Below, piece after piece: positions 16,644 through 29,289 of a DNA stretch of 64,000 nt (the stretch's first letter is position 1; each line of letters begins with the position of its first letter). The DNA comes from Oscillospiraceae bacterium (GTDB lineage Bacteria > Bacillota > Clostridia > Oscillospirales > CAG-272), in NCBI GenBank assembly GCA_015063325.1, contig SVUK01000006.1:67239-131238 (forward strand), written 5' to 3'. The notes beneath the pieces are model-generated. The model did not search any database. It had not been told where the DNA came from and saw nothing but the letters and a program-made list of their open reading frames with translations. The position numbers were made by a program, and so were the translations under genes.

Positions 16644-19600
16644 TTGAATCAAATGATCAATGTGAAAGAGCAACGGCTTGGTCAGAATACCAGAATGAGC
16701 TTTTCCAGATCGCGTTTCGACTATCCGCTTCCCAATCTGGTCGAGGTGCAAACCAAATCCTACAAATGGTTTTTGGAGGAAGGGTTAAAAGAGGTTCTGC
16801 GTGACGTTTCTCCGATCACCGATTATTCGGGTAATCTGGTCATCGAATTTGTATCGTATTCGCTGGACAGCACCCCGAAATACCCGGTGGAGGAGTGCAA
16901 GGAGCGCGATGTTAACTTTGCCGCGCCGCTGAAGGTGAACGTCCGACTGACGAACAAGCAAACGGGGGAAGTCAAACAAGCGGATATCTTTATGGGAGAT
17001 TTCCCACTCATGACCGAAACCGGGACTTTCGTGATCAACGGTGCGGAACGTGTTATCGTTTCACAAATTATCCGTTCTCCCGGAATGTATTATTCCACCG
17101 AGATCGATAAAGCGGCAAAGCGTACCTTTGCGGCGCAGGTCATTCCTTACCGCGGCGCATGGCTGGAGTATGAGGTTGATACCAACGGCGTGCTCTATGT
17201 CCGGATTGACAAGACCCGTAAACTTCCGCTTACCATGTTTATCCGCGCGTTGGGGATTGAATCGCGCGAGGATATCTACGCAAAATTCGGAGACGACGAT
17301 CACCTGACGGTCACCTTTGATAAGGATGAATCCGAGGAGCTTGCGGCGCGTTCGCATCTTTCCATCGGCGTCGAAGCACTTAAGGAGATTTATAAGAAGC
17401 TCCGTCCGGGCGAACCGCCCACAGAGGATGCCGCAAGAACATTGCTTCATAACTCTTTCTTTGATCCGAAGCGGTATGATATCGCTCCGGTGGGTCGCTA
17501 TAAGTATAACAAAAAGGTGGCGATCAGTAGCCGTATTTCCGGACATCGCGCCGCCGAAATGGTGATTAGTCCCATTACCGGCGAGGTTGTGTGCGAGGAA
17601 AATGCCGTTATCACCAACGAGCTTGCGCTTGCCATTGAGCGCGCAGGTGTGAATGAGATTTCCATTCTTTTGGATAACGGTTCCAAGGTCCGCGTGATTG
17701 GTAACAATACGCTGGAACCCGAATATGTTCTCGGCTACGATCTGAAGGAGAGCGGTGTGCGTGAAAAAGCCTTCATTCCGGTGCTTTTAGAGATTCGCGA
17801 CGCCTGCGAGGGCGACGAAGCACGCATCCGTGAAATGGCAAAAGAACGTATCGACGAGCTCTGCCCCAGACACATTACGGTTGAGGATATCTTTGCCTCC
17901 ATCAGCTACCTGCTCGGATTGACGCATGACGTTGGAACGGTGGACGACATCGACCACTTGGGCAACCGTCGTATCCGTTCGGTCGGCGAGCAGTTGCAAA
18001 ACCAGCTCCGCATCGGCTTTACCCGTATGGATAAGATCATCAAGGAGCGTATGACCACACAGGATAACGAAAAGCTGACCGTTCAGGCACTCATCAATAT
18101 CCGCCCGGTCACCACCGCCATTCGCGAGTTCTTCGGCTCCAGCCAGCTCTCGCAGTTTATGGATCAGAACAACCCTCTTGCGGAATTGACGCATAAACGC
18201 CGTCTTTCCGCGCTCGGTCCCGGCGGTCTTTCCCGTGACCGCGCGTCCTTTGACGTTCGTGACGTTCACTATACGCAGTACGGCAGAATGTGTCCGATTG
18301 AAACGCCTGAAGGTCCGAACATCGGTCTGATTTCCTACCTGACCACCTATGCCAAGATTTCGGATTACGGATTCATTGAAGCGCCTTACCGCAAGGTGGA
18401 ACATATCCCGAACGGCGACGGTACCTTCCGCCATCGTGTTACCGATGAAGTTGAATATATGACCGCCGACGTTGAGGATCGATATATCGTGGCGCAGGCG
18501 AACGAGCCGCTTACAGAGGACAATTGCTTTGCCAATCCCAAAATCATCGGGCGCGATAAGACCGAGATTGTGGAAGTTGACGCTTCGCAGGTGGATTATA
18601 TGGACGTTGCGCCGAAGATGCTGGTTTCGGTTGCTTCCGCCATGATTCCGTTCCTGGAAAACGACGACAATACCCGTGCGCTCATGGGTTCTAACATGCA
18701 AAAGCAGGCGGTGCCGCTTATGGTCACCGATTCGCCGATCGTCGGAACCGGTATGGAATACAAAGCCGCTGTCGATTCCGGCGTTGTTGTCACTGCAAAC
18801 AGAGCCGGCGTTGTCGAACGCGTCCAGGCGGATCAGGTTGTAATCCTGCCGGATGACGGCTCCGGCGTGAAGGACGTTTACCAACTCATCAAATTCAAAC
18901 GAACCAACCAGGGTACCTGCTTCAATCAGCGTCCCATTGTTTCGCGCGGACAGCACGTGGAAGCAGGGCAGGTCATTGCCGATGGTCCCGCAACTTCAAA
19001 CGGCGAAATTTCGCTGGGCAAGAACGCGTTGATCGGCTTTATGACTTGGGAAGGTTACAACTACGAGGACGCCGTTCTTTTGAATGAGCGTTTGGTACGC
19101 GACGATGTTTATACATCGCTGCATATCGAGGAATATACCCACGAAGCAAGAGACACCAAGCTCGGACCGGAAGAAATTACCCGTGAGATTCCCAACGTCG
19201 GCGACGATGCTCTGCGCGATCTGAATGCGGAAGGTATTGTCAAACGGGGAACCGAAGTTCGCTCGGGCGATATCCTTATCGGTAAGATCACGCCGAAGGG
19301 AGAGACCGAGCTGACTGCCGAAGAGAGATTGCTTCGCGCCATTTTCGGTGAAAAGTCGCGCGAGGTGCGAGATACGTCGTTGCGCTTGGCACACGGCGAA
19401 TCCGGTATCGTGGTAGACGTTCGCGTGTTCTCGCACGAACAGGGCGACGATCTGCCTGCAGGCGTCAATAAGGTCGTAAAGGTTTATATTGCACAGAAGA
19501 GAAAGATTTCTGTCGGTGATAAAATGGCAGGTCGCCATGGTAACAAGGGCGTCGTTTCCCGTATTTTGCCGCCGGAAGATATGCCCTTCCTGCCGGACGG

Positions 19601-20576
19601 CACTCCGCTGGACATCGTGCTCAATCCGTTGGGCGTGCCTTCCCGTATGAATATCGGTCAGGTGCTGGAAGTTCACCTTGGTATTGCCGCAAAGAAACTC
19701 GGATGGAAGATTATGACCCCGGTTTTCGACGGCGCAAATGAAAAGGATATTTTGGAGTGCCTGAAAGCCGCCGGACTGCAACGGGATATCTTCCCGCTTG
19801 AAAATCCGGAAGGAAAAGAGCTTTATGAGGAGACCGTGAATGCGGAAACCGGGGAAAAATCCCTGCGCGTTCTCTCCGAACAGGAGCGTGCCGACGAGGA
19901 ATTGATGAACCGGTTGCGCGCCGAAAAGCGGCTGAAAATTTTGGACGGCAAAACCGTTCTGTATGACGGTCGTACCGGCGAGCCGTTTGATAACCCCGTA
20001 ACGGTCGGTATCATGTACTATCTGAAATTGCACCATTTGGTAGACGATAAGATTCACGCGCGTTCCAACGGTCCGTACTCTTTGGTCACGCAGCAACCGC
20101 TCGGCGGCAAAGCTCAGTTCGGCGGTCAGCGTTTCGGAGAAATGGAAGTTTGGGCTCTGGAAGCTTACGGCGCGGCATATACGCTTCAGGAACTGCTTAC
20201 CGTCAAGTCCGACGATATCAACGGTCGCCGTCGCGCTTATGAGGCGATTATCAAAGGTCAAAACATTCCAACGCCGGGTGTTCCCGAGTCGTTCAAGGTA
20301 CTTGTCAAAGAACTGCAGTCTTTGTGCCTGAATATCTGCGTACAGGATAAAGACGGAAACGATATTGAACTTTCCGAACTTTGCCGCGAGGAGGAAACGT
20401 CCTCGCCTCGCGACAGTTTTGGTGATTACGGTCGGCATTACACAGAGGAAGAGATCCGCAGATCCTTCCAGATCGAAAATGACGACGGAACCCCCGAAGA
20501 AGTTGCCGAAGAGGAAGAGGAATATTACGACGATTCCGCCGATGATTTCCAAACCGATGACGGCGACGAAGAATAA
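16644..20576 (+). CDS. rpoB: DNA-directed RNA polymerase subunit beta
   Basis: Unmistakable beta-subunit sequence throughout (e.g. [58 protein letters not shown]). The start is ambiguous: TTG 16644, ATG 16653 or GTG 16662 after GGAG at 16636. Confidence 0.97.
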   Translation: MNQMINVKEQRLGQNTRMSFSRSRFDYPLPNLVEVQTKSYKWFLEEGLKEVLRDVSPITDYSGNLVIEFVSYSLDSTPKYPVEECKERDVNFAAPLKVNVRLTNKQTGEVKQADIFMGDFPLMTETGTFVINGAERVIVSQIIRSPGMYYSTEIDKAAKRTFAAQVIPYRGAWLEYEVDTNGVLYVRIDKTRKLPLTMFIRALGIESREDIYAKFGDDDHLTVTFDKDESEELAARSHLSIGVEALKEIYKKLRPGEPPTEDAARTLLHNSFFDPKRYDIAPVGRYKYNKKVAISSRISGHRAAEMVISPITGEVVCEENAVITNELALAIERAGVNEISILLDNGSKVRVIGNNTLEPEYVLGYDLKESGVREKAFIPVLLEIRDACEGDEARIREMAKERIDELCPRHITVEDIFASISYLLGLTHDVGTVDDIDHLGNRRIRSVGEQLQNQLRIGFTRMDKIIKERMTTQDNEKLTVQALINIRPVTTAIREFFGSSQLSQFMDQNNPLAELTHKRRLSALGPGGLSRDRASFDVRDVHYTQYGRMCPIETPEGPNIGLISYLTTYAKISDYGFIEAPYRKVEHIPNGDGTFRHRVTDEVEYMTADVEDRYIVAQANEPLTEDNCFANPKIIGRDKTEIVEVDASQVDYMDVAPKMLVSVASAMIPFLENDDNTRALMGSNMQKQAVPLMVTDSPIVGTGMEYKAAVDSGVVVTANRAGVVERVQADQVVILPDDGSGVKDVYQLIKFKRTNQGTCFNQRPIVSRGQHVEAGQVIADGPATSNGEISLGKNALIGFMTWEGYNYEDAVLLNERLVRDDVYTSLHIEEYTHEARDTKLGPEEITREIPNVGDDALRDLNAEGIVKRGTEVRSGDILIGKITPKGETELTAEERLLRAIFGEKSREVRDTSLRLAHGESGIVVDVRVFSHEQGDDLPAGVNKVVKVYIAQKRKISVGDKMAGRHGNKGVVSRILPPEDMPFLPDGTPLDIVLNPLGVPSRMNIGQVLEVHLGIAAKKLGWKIMTPVFDGANEKDILECLKAAGLQRDIFPLENPEGKELYEETVNAETGEKSLRVLSEQERADEELMNRLRAEKRLKILDGKTVLYDGRTGEPFDNPVTVGIMYYLKLHHLVDDKIHARSNGPYSLVTQQPLGGKAQFGGQRFGEMEVWALEAYGAAYTLQELLTVKSDDINGRRRAYEAIIKGQNIPTPGVPESFKVLVKELQSLCLNICVQDKDGNDIELSELCREEETSSPRDSFGDYGRHYTEEEIRRSFQIENDDGTPEEVAEEEEEYYDDSADDFQTDDGDEE

Positions 20577-20596
20577 GCGAGAACAGGAGAAAAACC

Positions 20597-23500
20597 GTGG
20601 AGAATAAGGATTTTTATTCAATCAGAATCGGATTGGCGTCTCCGGAAATGATCCGGGAGTGGTCCTACGGCGAAGTCACCAAGCCAGAAACCATCAACTA
20701 CAGAACGCTCAAACCCGAGCCGGGCGGACTGTTCTGCGAGCGTATCTTTGGTCCAACCAAAGACGGTGCTTGCGCCTGCGGAAAATACAAAAATTCTCAT
20801 AGCAAAGAAGTTCGCAAGTGCGAAAAGTGCGGTGTAGATGTTACCACCAAAAAGGTGCGCCGCGAGCGTATGGGACATATCGAACTGGCAACCCCCGTTT
20901 CGCATATTTGGTATTTCAAAGCCGTTCCTTCTCGGATGGCGCTGGTGCTGGATATGTCGCCCAAGGCACTGGAGCAGGTGCTCTATTTTGCCGACAATGT
21001 TGTGCTTGATCCGGGTATGACCGATTTGAAGCGCGGCGATGTTCTTCCCGAGAAACTCTATCAGGAATATCGGGAAAAATGGGGCGATGAATTCCGTACC
21101 GGAATGGGCGCCGAGGCGATTAAGGAGCTCTTGCAGGGAATCGATGTGGAAAAAACCTGCGAATCTCTGCGTGAGGAGCTGAAAACCGCCACCGGTCAAA
21201 AGAAAACGCGTATTATCAAACGGTTGGAGGTCATGGAATCCTTCCGCCGTTCGGGCAACCATTTGGACTGGATGATTTTGGATGTCATTCCCGTCACTCC
21301 GCCGGATATCCGCCCCATGACGCAGTTGGACGGCGGCAGATTCGCTTCCTCCGACCTCAACGAGCTTTATCGCCGCGTTATTACGCGTAATGCGCGCTTG
21401 AAAAAGCTGATGGAAAGCCGGATGCCGGAAATCGTCATCCGCAACGAAAAAAGAATGCTGCAGGAAGCAGTTGACGCGCTGATCGATAACGGCAAGCGCG
21501 GCAAACCGGTCACCGGTGCTTCCAACCGTCCGCTCAAATCGCTTTCCGAAATGTTGCGCGGTAAGCAGGGACGCTTCCGCCAAAACCTTTTGGGCAAACG
21601 CGTCGACTATTCCGGTCGTTCGGTTATCGTCGTCGGACCGAGTCTGAAAATTTATCAGTGCGGTCTGCCGAAGGAAATGGCAATCGAGCTGTTTAAGCCG
21701 TTTGTAATTAAGCGGTTGGTGGAAATGGGCAAGGCAACCAACGTCAAGGACGCGCAAAAGAAGATTGACCGTGCCTACGACGCCGCGAACGAATGCGTTT
21801 GGGACGCTTTGGAGAACGTGATTAAAGAGCACCCGGTGCTCCTCAACCGCGCGCCTACCTTGCACCGTCTGTCCATTCAGGCATTTGAGCCGATTTTGGT
21901 AGAAGGTCGTGCTATCAAACTGCATCCTCTGGTCTGCCCGGCGTTCAACGCAGACTTTGACGGCGACCAGATGCCGGTTCACGTTCCGCTCTCGGCGGAG
22001 GCGCAGGCAGAGGCAAGATTCCTCATGCTTTCGGCAAACAACCTGCTCAAGCCCATGGACGGTAAGGCGGTTACCGTTCCGTCGCAGGATATGATCCTCG
22101 GCGCATACTACCTGACCATGGAGAAAGACGGAGAGGCCGGTGAAAACGGGCGCTACCGCGATTTCAACGAGGCAATGTGCGCTTATCAGAACGGCGTTTT
22201 GGGACTTCACGCAAAGATTTGGGTGCGCGTGGAGAAAGAGATCGGCGGCGAAAAGAAGACCGCCGTTATCAACACTACGCTGGGCAGATTGATCTACAAC
22301 AACGTCATTCCGCAAAACCTCGGTTTTGTGGATCGTACCAACCCCGAAAACGAATTCAAGCTGGAAATCGAGTTCGTGGTCAAAAAGAAAGAACTCGGAC
22401 AGATCATCGACCGTTGCATTCGCAATAACGGTCCTGCCATCTGCGCCGATATGCTGGATGAGATTAAAGCGCTCGGCTATAAGTATTCCACTCGCGCGTC
22501 GCTTTCTATCTCGGTTTACGATATGACCATTCCGAAAGAGAAGACGCCGCTCATCGAGGCTGCGCAAAAACAGGTGGACGTCCTCAACGAGTACTACAAA
22601 CGCGGTCTGTTTTCAGATGAAGAACGTTATAACGCCGTGATCAAACTTTGGAACAAGACAACCGACGATGTGACTGAAAAATTGCAGGAAAGCTTCAGCC
22701 GCTATAACCCGATCAAGATCATGTCGGATTCGGGTGCCCGTGGTTCGGTTGCGCAAATGCGTCAGCTCGCCGGTATGCGCGGATTGATGTTTGCAACAAA
22801 CGGTCGTACCATCGAAATCCCGATCAAATCCAACTTCCGCGAAGGTCTGAATATCCTGGAGTATTTCATGGGTGCAAAGGGTTCGCGTAAATCTCTGTCG
22901 GATACGGCGCTCCGTACCGCCGACTCCGGTTACCTGACCCGTCGTTTGGTTGACGTTTCGCAGGATGTGATCGTTCGCGAAATCAAGTGCGATACCAAAG
23001 AGGGCGCATGGGTCACCGATATTATGGATGATAAAAACGTTCTGGAATCGCTCTCCGAGCGCATTTTGGGCAGATTCACCATGGGTCCTGTCGTGCATCC
23101 CGAAACCGGCGAAGTGCTGGTGGAGGACGATACCATGATCACCGAGGAAATGACCAAGGCGATCGAGGCGGCAGGAATCAAGAGCGTCTGCATCCGTACG
23201 GCAATTCAGTGCCATGCGCGCCATGGTATTTGCGCGCACTGCTACGGAGCTGACCTTGCAAACGGTAAACTCGTCAATGTCGGCGAGGCTGTCGGTATCA
23301 TTGCGGCACAGTCCATCGGTGAACCGGGTACACAGCTGACTATGAGAACTTTCCACTCCGGCGGCGTTGCAGGATCGGATATTACACAAGGTCTGCCTCG
23401 TGTCGAAGAGCTGTTTGAGGCGCGTCAACCCAAAAAGCCGGCGGTTGTTACCGAGATCGACGGTACCGCGCATATCAATATCGGCGAGAATATGATTCAC

Positions 23501-24148
23501 TACGTCACCATCAATCCCGATGCAAGCGACGTTTCGCCGCGCGAATATCAGATTCCGTACGGCACAAAACTTGCCATTATCGAAGGACAGCACTTGGAAA
23601 AGGGTGAGTCTATCACCGAGGGTAGCAAGGCGCCTGCCGACGTTATGAAAGTACTCGGTTTGGATGCCGTTTACGAATACCTGATCAAAGAAATTCAAAA
23701 GGTTTACCGTTCGCAGTCTTGTAACGTCAACGATAAACACGTCGAGATCATTGCCCGTCAAATGACGCGCAAGATTCAAATCGATGACGCAGGAGATGCC
23801 GATCTGCTTACCGGTTCGCGCGTGGACAAAACCACGTTTGAGGACGCAAACAGAGCGGTACAGGAGCGGATTGACGCCGGCGAAGAGGGACTTCGTTTTG
23901 CAACCGGAACGGTCGTTCTGCTGGGTATTACCAAGGCGGCGTTGAATACCGAATCCTTCCTCTCGGCAGCTTCCTTCCAGGAGACCACCAAAGTGCTTAC
24001 CGAAGCGGCGATCGACGGTAAGGTCGACCACCTGATCGGTTTGAAGGAGAACGTGATTATCGGTAAACTGATTCCTGCCGGAACCGGTATGGAATGCTAC
24101 AAGAACATCGGCGTTCATCGTACGGAAGACGATGATTCGATTGCTTGA
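20597..24148 (+). CDS. rpoC: DNA-directed RNA polymerase subunit beta'
   Basis: NADFDGDQM catalytic motif, a Zn-finger CxCGK...C..C near the N-terminus, and full-length conservation. GTG start lies 7 nt after AGGAGA. Confidence 0.97.
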   Translation: MENKDFYSIRIGLASPEMIREWSYGEVTKPETINYRTLKPEPGGLFCERIFGPTKDGACACGKYKNSHSKEVRKCEKCGVDVTTKKVRRERMGHIELATPVSHIWYFKAVPSRMALVLDMSPKALEQVLYFADNVVLDPGMTDLKRGDVLPEKLYQEYREKWGDEFRTGMGAEAIKELLQGIDVEKTCESLREELKTATGQKKTRIIKRLEVMESFRRSGNHLDWMILDVIPVTPPDIRPMTQLDGGRFASSDLNELYRRVITRNARLKKLMESRMPEIVIRNEKRMLQEAVDALIDNGKRGKPVTGASNRPLKSLSEMLRGKQGRFRQNLLGKRVDYSGRSVIVVGPSLKIYQCGLPKEMAIELFKPFVIKRLVEMGKATNVKDAQKKIDRAYDAANECVWDALENVIKEHPVLLNRAPTLHRLSIQAFEPILVEGRAIKLHPLVCPAFNADFDGDQMPVHVPLSAEAQAEARFLMLSANNLLKPMDGKAVTVPSQDMILGAYYLTMEKDGEAGENGRYRDFNEAMCAYQNGVLGLHAKIWVRVEKEIGGEKKTAVINTTLGRLIYNNVIPQNLGFVDRTNPENEFKLEIEFVVKKKELGQIIDRCIRNNGPAICADMLDEIKALGYKYSTRASLSISVYDMTIPKEKTPLIEAAQKQVDVLNEYYKRGLFSDEERYNAVIKLWNKTTDDVTEKLQESFSRYNPIKIMSDSGARGSVAQMRQLAGMRGLMFATNGRTIEIPIKSNFREGLNILEYFMGAKGSRKSLSDTALRTADSGYLTRRLVDVSQDVIVREIKCDTKEGAWVTDIMDDKNVLESLSERILGRFTMGPVVHPETGEVLVEDDTMITEEMTKAIEAAGIKSVCIRTAIQCHARHGICAHCYGADLANGKLVNVGEAVGIIAAQSIGEPGTQLTMRTFHSGGVAGSDITQGLPRVEELFEARQPKKPAVVTEIDGTAHINIGENMIHYVTINPDASDVSPREYQIPYGTKLAIIEGQHLEKGESITEGSKAPADVMKVLGLDAVYEYLIKEIQKVYRSQSCNVNDKHVEIIARQMTRKIQIDDAGDADLLTGSRVDKTTFEDANRAVQERIDAGEEGLRFATGTVVLLGITKAALNTESFLSAASFQETTKVLTEAAIDGKVDHLIGLKENVIIGKLIPAGTGMECYKNIGVHRTEDDDSIA

Positions 24149-24177
24149 TGATCAAAAATTACAATTATAAACTAATC

Positions 24178-24212
24178 AAAAGAGCCATCTGCAGGTCGGA
24201 TGGCTCTTTGCA
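24178..24212 (+). terminator. Hairpin after rpoC (terminator-like)
   Basis: aaaAGAGCCATCtgcaggtcgGATGGCTCTttg. The T-tract is short. Confidence 0.55.
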
Positions 24213-24340
24213 TATTTTCGGACAAAACGGGAAATATTACATAAAAAAGGTAAATATTGATAATTTCATGAAAAATAAAACTATTTAGCACATGGAAATT
24301 GTGCATAATGTAGAAAAATTTTTGGCAGAATTTGTTTTTC

Positions 24341-24369
24341 TTGACAAACGACCAAAGGAATGCTATAAT
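24341..24369 (+). promoter_or_regulatory. Consensus sigma-A-type promoter for the str operon
   Basis: TTGACA (24341-24346), 17-nt spacer, TATAAT (24364-24369). Confidence 0.6.
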
Positions 24370-24505
24370 AATACGTAATCTGATTTACTATGCCCGAACT
24401 ATGCAATTTTGAAGGACACAGGGCATGATTATGAGGCAGTTACACGCGGCGAAAACCGAGTGTCTGTAAGATAAACATTAAATTTTGGAAGAAGGAGGAA
24501 AAAGA

Positions 24506-24925
24506 ATGCCAACATTTAACCAACTTGTCAAACAAGGTCGCGGCGAAAAGGTGTACAAGTCTAAGGCACCGGTTCTGCAGAAGGGATTCAACTCTTTGAA
24601 GAACAGCGCGATCGACCAGTCGGCACCGCAGAAAAGAGGCGTTTGCACCAAGGTTTCCACAACCAGCCCGAAGAAACCGAACTCTGCAATGCGTAAAATC
24701 GCAAGAGTTCGTTTGACCAACGGTCTGGAAGCAACGGTCTATATTCCCGGTATCGGACACAACCTGCAAGAGCACTCGGTTGTCCTGATCCGCGGCGGTA
24801 GAGTCCGTGACCTGCCTGGTGTACGTTACCATATCATCCGCGGAACGCTGGATGCACAGGGCGTTGCCAACCGGCAGCAAGCTCGCTCCAAGTACGGAGC
24901 AAAAGCCGCTAAAAAGAAGAAGTAA
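24506..24925 (+). CDS. rpsL: 30S ribosomal protein S12
   Basis: [12 protein letters not shown]...[19 protein letters not shown]...[20 protein letters not shown] at 24506 follows GAAGGAGG. Confidence 0.97.
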   Translation: MPTFNQLVKQGRGEKVYKSKAPVLQKGFNSLKNSAIDQSAPQKRGVCTKVSTTSPKKPNSAMRKIARVRLTNGLEATVYIPGIGHNLQEHSVVLIRGGRVRDLPGVRYHIIRGTLDAQGVANRQQARSKYGAKAAKKKK

Positions 24926-25092
24926 TTCCGAGGTTTAGCAAAACAAACAACCGAAAGCATCATTTCCGAAAAAGCCCGTTTGTTGTGAATTCCATAATTT
25001 AATGTTTATGTTTCACCTCGGACGCGGCGCCAACAGAAGATTTGCTTTTGAGTACCAATGATCTCATATTTTTCATGAAGGAGGGAAGTACA

Positions 25093-25563
25093 GTGCCGAG
25101 AAGAGGTCGTATTGCCAAAAGAGATGTATTGCCGGATCCGTTGTATGGTTCCAAACTGGTAACCAAACTCATCAACAACGTAATGTATGACGGCAAAAAG
25201 GGCGTAGCCCAGACAATCGTTTACGACGCTTTCAAGCTCATTGAGGAAAAGCAGGGAAAGAATCCGTTGGAACTTTTCCAGGAAGCGCTTGAAAACGTTA
25301 TGCCTGTTTTGGAGGTTAAGGCTCGCCGCGTCGGCGGATCTACCTACCAGGTTCCGATGGAAGTCAGAGCTGACAGACGTCAAACGCTTGGCTTGCGCTG
25401 GATGATCCAGTTTGCAAGAAAACGCGGCGAAAAGACGATGGCGGAAAGACTTGCCGGAGAAATTATTGACGCAAAGAACAGCACAGGCGGAGCATTCAAG
25501 AAAAAAGAAGAAACCCACCGTATGGCAGAAGCAAACAAAGCGTTTGCACACTACAGATATTAA
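25093..25563 (+). CDS. rpsG: 30S ribosomal protein S7
   Basis: (V)[36 protein letters not shown]...AHYRY. GTG at 25093 follows GAAGGAGGGA. Confidence 0.95.
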   Translation: MPRRGRIAKRDVLPDPLYGSKLVTKLINNVMYDGKKGVAQTIVYDAFKLIEEKQGKNPLELFQEALENVMPVLEVKARRVGGSTYQVPMEVRADRRQTLGLRWMIQFARKRGEKTMAERLAGEIIDAKNSTGGAFKKKEETHRMAEANKAFAHYRY

Positions 25564-25599
25564 TATCTGCCTTTGCGAAAATCAAGGAGATAAGCATTC

Positions 25600-27684
25600 A
25601 TGCCAAGAGAGTATTCACTTGAAAATACCAGAAACATCGGTATCATGGCGCATATCGACGCAGGAAAAACCACAACCACCGAGCGAATCCTGTTCTATAC
25701 GGGAAAAACGCATAAGTTGGGTGAAACCCATGACGGTAGCGCAACCATGGACTGGATGGCACAGGAGCAAGAGCGCGGAATCACCATCACTTCTGCGGCA
25801 ACAACCTGTTTCTGGAAGGGAAATCGTATCAATATCATTGATACCCCCGGCCACGTAGACTTCACCGTAGAGGTGGAGCGCTCCCTTCGCGTGTTGGACG
25901 GCGCAGTTACCGTTCTGTGCGCAAAAGGAGGCGTAGAGCCGCAGTCTGAAACCGTTTGGCGTCAGGCTGACAAATACAAGGTACCCCGTATGGTATATGT
26001 CAATAAAATGGATATTACCGGCGCGGATTTTTATCGCGTTGTGGATATGATCCATACAAGATTGCATGCCAACGGTGTTCCGATTCAATTGCCGATCGGT
26101 AAGGATATGACTTTCCGCGGCATCATCGATTTGATGACCATGGAAGCCGACGTCTATTATGACGATCTCGGTAAGGACATGCGTGTAGAAGCAATCCCGG
26201 AGGATATGCAGGAGCAGGCACAGACCTACCGTGAGCAAATGGTGGAAGCCATTGCGTCTACCGACGACACGCTGATGGAAAAATATCTGGAAGGGGAAGA
26301 GATTTCCATTCCGGAATTGAAGGCTGCATTGCGCAAGGCTTGTATCGCAAATGAGATCGTTCCGATCGTTTGCGGAACATCCTATCGTAATAAGGGCGTT
26401 CAAAAACTGCTTGATGCGGTTGTGGACTTTATGCCCAACCCGACCGATATTCCCGCTATTCGCGGAACCAACCCGGAAACCGGTGAGGAAGAGGATAGAC
26501 ACTCTTCGGATACCGAGCCGTTCTCCGCGCTGGCATTCAAAATTATGACCGATCCGTTTGTGGGCAAGCTTTGCTATTTCCGCGTTTATTCCGGCTCGGT
26601 AAAAGCAGGTGACACCGTTTATAACTCCACAAAGGGGAAAAGCGAGCGCTTGGGACGTATTCTGCAAATGCACGCCAACGAGCGCAAAGATATTGATTGC
26701 TGCTATGCAGGTGATATTGCCGCTGCTATCGGTGTCAAGAACACCACCACCGGCGACACCTTCTGCGATGAAAAGCACCCGGTTATTCTTGAGTCGATGG
26801 AATTCCCGGAACCGGTTATCCGCGTAGCAATCGAGCCGAAAACGCGCGCAGGTCAGGAGAAGATGGGTATTGCATTGGCAAAACTTGCCGAGGAAGATCC
26901 GACTTTCCGGACTTACACGGATGAAGAAACCGGTCAGACCATCATTGCAGGTATGGGTGAGTTGCACTTGGAGATTATCGTTGACCGTATGCTCCGCGAA
27001 TTCAAAGTGGAAGCAAACATCGGTAAACCTCAGGTTGCATACAAAGAGACCATTCGCAAAAAGGTCGACCACGAATGCAAGTACAAGAAACAGTCCGGCG
27101 GTTCCGGTCAGTATGCTCACGTTAAGATCATTCTGGAGCCGAACGAACCCGGCAAGGGTTACGAGTTTATCAATGCCGTTACCGGCGGCGCAATCCCGAA
27201 GGAATTCATTCCTGCGGTCGATGCCGGTATCCAGGGCGCAATGCAATGCGGCGTTTTGGCAGGCTATAACGTTGTTGACGTGAAGGTCACGCTTTACGAT
27301 GGCTCGTATCACGAAGTCGACTCTTCTGAAATGGCATTCAAAATTGCAGGTTCCATGGCATTCAAGGAAGCAATGCGCAAAGCCGATCCGGTTCTTACCG
27401 AGCCGATGATGAAGGTGACTACCATTGTTCCCGAGGATTATATGGGCGCCGTGATCGGCGATTTCAACAGCCGCCGCGGTCAGATTCTTTCGCAGGAATC
27501 CACCCAGAGCGGTATACAGGAAATCATCGCTTATGTACCGCTTTCCAACATGTTCGGTTATGCAACCGATCTTCGTTCCAAAACGCAGGGACGCGGACTC
27601 TATACTATGGAGCCGAGCCACTTCGCCGAGGTTCCGAAGTCGATTCAGGAAACCATCATCAAGGAACGCAGTAATAGAAACTAA
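25600..27684 (+). CDS. fusA: Elongation factor G
   Basis: [31 protein letters not shown], and full-length EF-G similarity. Confidence 0.97.
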   Translation: MPREYSLENTRNIGIMAHIDAGKTTTTERILFYTGKTHKLGETHDGSATMDWMAQEQERGITITSAATTCFWKGNRINIIDTPGHVDFTVEVERSLRVLDGAVTVLCAKGGVEPQSETVWRQADKYKVPRMVYVNKMDITGADFYRVVDMIHTRLHANGVPIQLPIGKDMTFRGIIDLMTMEADVYYDDLGKDMRVEAIPEDMQEQAQTYREQMVEAIASTDDTLMEKYLEGEEISIPELKAALRKACIANEIVPIVCGTSYRNKGVQKLLDAVVDFMPNPTDIPAIRGTNPETGEEEDRHSSDTEPFSALAFKIMTDPFVGKLCYFRVYSGSVKAGDTVYNSTKGKSERLGRILQMHANERKDIDCCYAGDIAAAIGVKNTTTGDTFCDEKHPVILESMEFPEPVIRVAIEPKTRAGQEKMGIALAKLAEEDPTFRTYTDEETGQTIIAGMGELHLEIIVDRMLREFKVEANIGKPQVAYKETIRKKVDHECKYKKQSGGSGQYAHVKIILEPNEPGKGYEFINAVTGGAIPKEFIPAVDAGIQGAMQCGVLAGYNVVDVKVTLYDGSYHEVDSSEMAFKIAGSMAFKEAMRKADPVLTEPMMKVTTIVPEDYMGAVIGDFNSRRGQILSQESTQSGIQEIIAYVPLSNMFGYATDLRSKTQGRGLYTMEPSHFAEVPKSIQETIIKERSNRN

Positions 27685-27750
27685 TATTTAAAAAAACAAA
27701 AATAAAAAACAAAAATTTAAAAGAAATTTATTAAACGGAGGAAATTCAAA

Positions 27751-28956
27751 ATGGCAAAGGCTACATTTGAACGCACCAAACCGCACGTAAACATTGGTAC
27801 CATTGGTCACGTTGACCATGGTAAAACCACTCTGACCGCCGCGATCACCAAGACCCTGGCGCTCAAAAACGGCAACGTTGAATTCCTGGCTTATGACCAG
27901 ATCGACAATGCACCCGAAGAAAAGGCAAGAGGTATCACAATCAACACCAGACACGTTGAGTACGAGACCGACAAGCGCCACTATGCACACGTTGACTGCC
28001 CCGGTCACGCTGACTATGTTAAAAACATGATCACCGGTGCCGCTCAGATGGACGGTGCAATCCTCGTCGTTGCTGGTACCGACGGCCCTCTGCAGCAGAC
28101 CCGTGAGCACGTTCTGCTCGCTCGTCAGGTCGGCGTTCCTGCAATCGTCGTATTCCTGAACAAGACTGACCTGGTTGACGACCCCGAACTGCTTGACCTG
28201 GTTGAAATGGAAGTTCGCGACCTGCTTTCTTCCTACGATTTCCCGGGCGACGATATTCCGATCATCCGCGGCTCCGCTCGTGAAGCTTTGGAATCCACCA
28301 GCACCGATCCTTCCGCTCCCGAATACGCTTGCATTTGGGAACTGATGGATGCTGTTGACAGCTATATCCCCACTCCTGAGCGTCAGTCCGATCTGCCTTT
28401 CCTGATGCCCGTCGAGGACGTGTTCTCCATTTCCGGTCGTGGCACCGTTGCTACCGGTCGTGTGGAGCGCGGAACCGTTAAGGTATCTGATGTGGTTGAA
28501 ATCGTCGGTCTGTCCGAAGAGAAGAAGTCCACCACCGTTACCGGTGTAGAAATGTTCCACAAACTCCTGCCGCAGGCAGAAGCCGGCGATAACATCGGCG
28601 CTCTGCTCCGTGGTATTGCAAAGGACGAGATCGAAAGAGGTCAGGTTCTTGCAAAACCCGGTTCGGTTCATCCGCACACCAAATTCGTTGGCCACGTTTA
28701 CGTTCTGACCGAGAAAGAAGGCGGCCGTAAAAAGCCCTTCTTCGCTGGCTATCGTCCTCAGTTCTATTTCAGAACCACCGACGTTACCGGTACCATCGAG
28801 CTGCCTGACGGCGTTGAGATGTGCCGCCCCGGCGACAACGTAGATATGACCGTTGAACTCATCACCCCCATCGCTTGCGAAGAGGGTCTGCGCTTCGCTA
28901 TCCGTGAAGGCGGCAGAACGGTTGGATCCGGCGTCGTTTCCAAGATCATTAAATAA
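27751..28956 (+). CDS. tuf: Elongation factor Tu
   Basis: [66 protein letters not shown]. Confidence 0.97.
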   Translation: MAKATFERTKPHVNIGTIGHVDHGKTTLTAAITKTLALKNGNVEFLAYDQIDNAPEEKARGITINTRHVEYETDKRHYAHVDCPGHADYVKNMITGAAQMDGAILVVAGTDGPLQQTREHVLLARQVGVPAIVVFLNKTDLVDDPELLDLVEMEVRDLLSSYDFPGDDIPIIRGSAREALESTSTDPSAPEYACIWELMDAVDSYIPTPERQSDLPFLMPVEDVFSISGRGTVATGRVERGTVKVSDVVEIVGLSEEKKSTTVTGVEMFHKLLPQAEAGDNIGALLRGIAKDEIERGQVLAKPGSVHPHTKFVGHVYVLTEKEGGRKKPFFAGYRPQFYFRTTDVTGTIELPDGVEMCRPGDNVDMTVELITPIACEEGLRFAIREGGRTVGSGVVSKIIK

Positions 28957-28979
28957 TTTCGGATAAAACCGAAAAAGCA

Positions 28980-29005
28980 GGGACGGGGGAGCAATCCCCC
29001 GTCCC
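28980..29005 (+). terminator. GC-rich hairpin after tuf that lacks a 3' U-tract (possible leaky terminator or 3' stabiliser)
   Basis: GGGACGGGGGA-gcaa-TCCCCCGTCCC, followed by GAAAAACAG. The A/T runs are on the wrong side for a plus-strand intrinsic terminator. Confidence 0.4.
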
Positions 29006-29029
29006 GAAAAACAGAATAGTAAGTTCAAA

Positions 29030-29246
29030 ATTCTTTGGGGAATGGTGAAATTCCATACCGGCAGTATAGTCTGCGAACGGAGGTTCGGTATAATCGAACC
29101 GACGCCGATCGGGTGCAACTCCCGAACCGACGGTAACGGCAACTTCCACAAAACGGGAAATGCCTGAAAGTCCGGATGAGAAAAGAAAGAACAAACGACC
29201 GTAGTTTGCGCCCCGGGGTAGTTTTATGCCACGGGATTTTTCTTTT
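29030..29246 (+). promoter_or_regulatory. FMN riboswitch (RFN element) with a putative terminator expression platform
   Basis: TTCTTTGGGGAATGGTGAAATTCCATACCGGCAGTATAGTCTGCGA...GGGTGCAACTCCCGAACCGACGGTAA...AAAGTCCGGATGAGAAAAGAA matches the RFN core. P1 pairs 29031-29036 with 29182-29187. An imperfect stem (29212-29235) is followed by ATTTTTCTTTT. Confidence 0.85.
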
Positions 29247-29289
29247 CTCCGATTCAAATCCAAAACGTGATTTTAAGAGGAGATTTAAT

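Noticed and set aside
17787-24118. Series of long minus-strand ORFs (389, 541, 649, 501 aa) across rpoB and rpoC
   Set aside because: They are antisense to universally conserved RNAP subunits and have no motifs. Long stop-free antisense frames are expected in codon-biased core genes.
25615-29151. 668-aa and 487-aa minus-strand ORFs opposite fusA and tuf
   Set aside because: They are antisense shadows of EF-G and EF-Tu. The second would also run through the tuf terminator hairpin and the FMN riboswitch.
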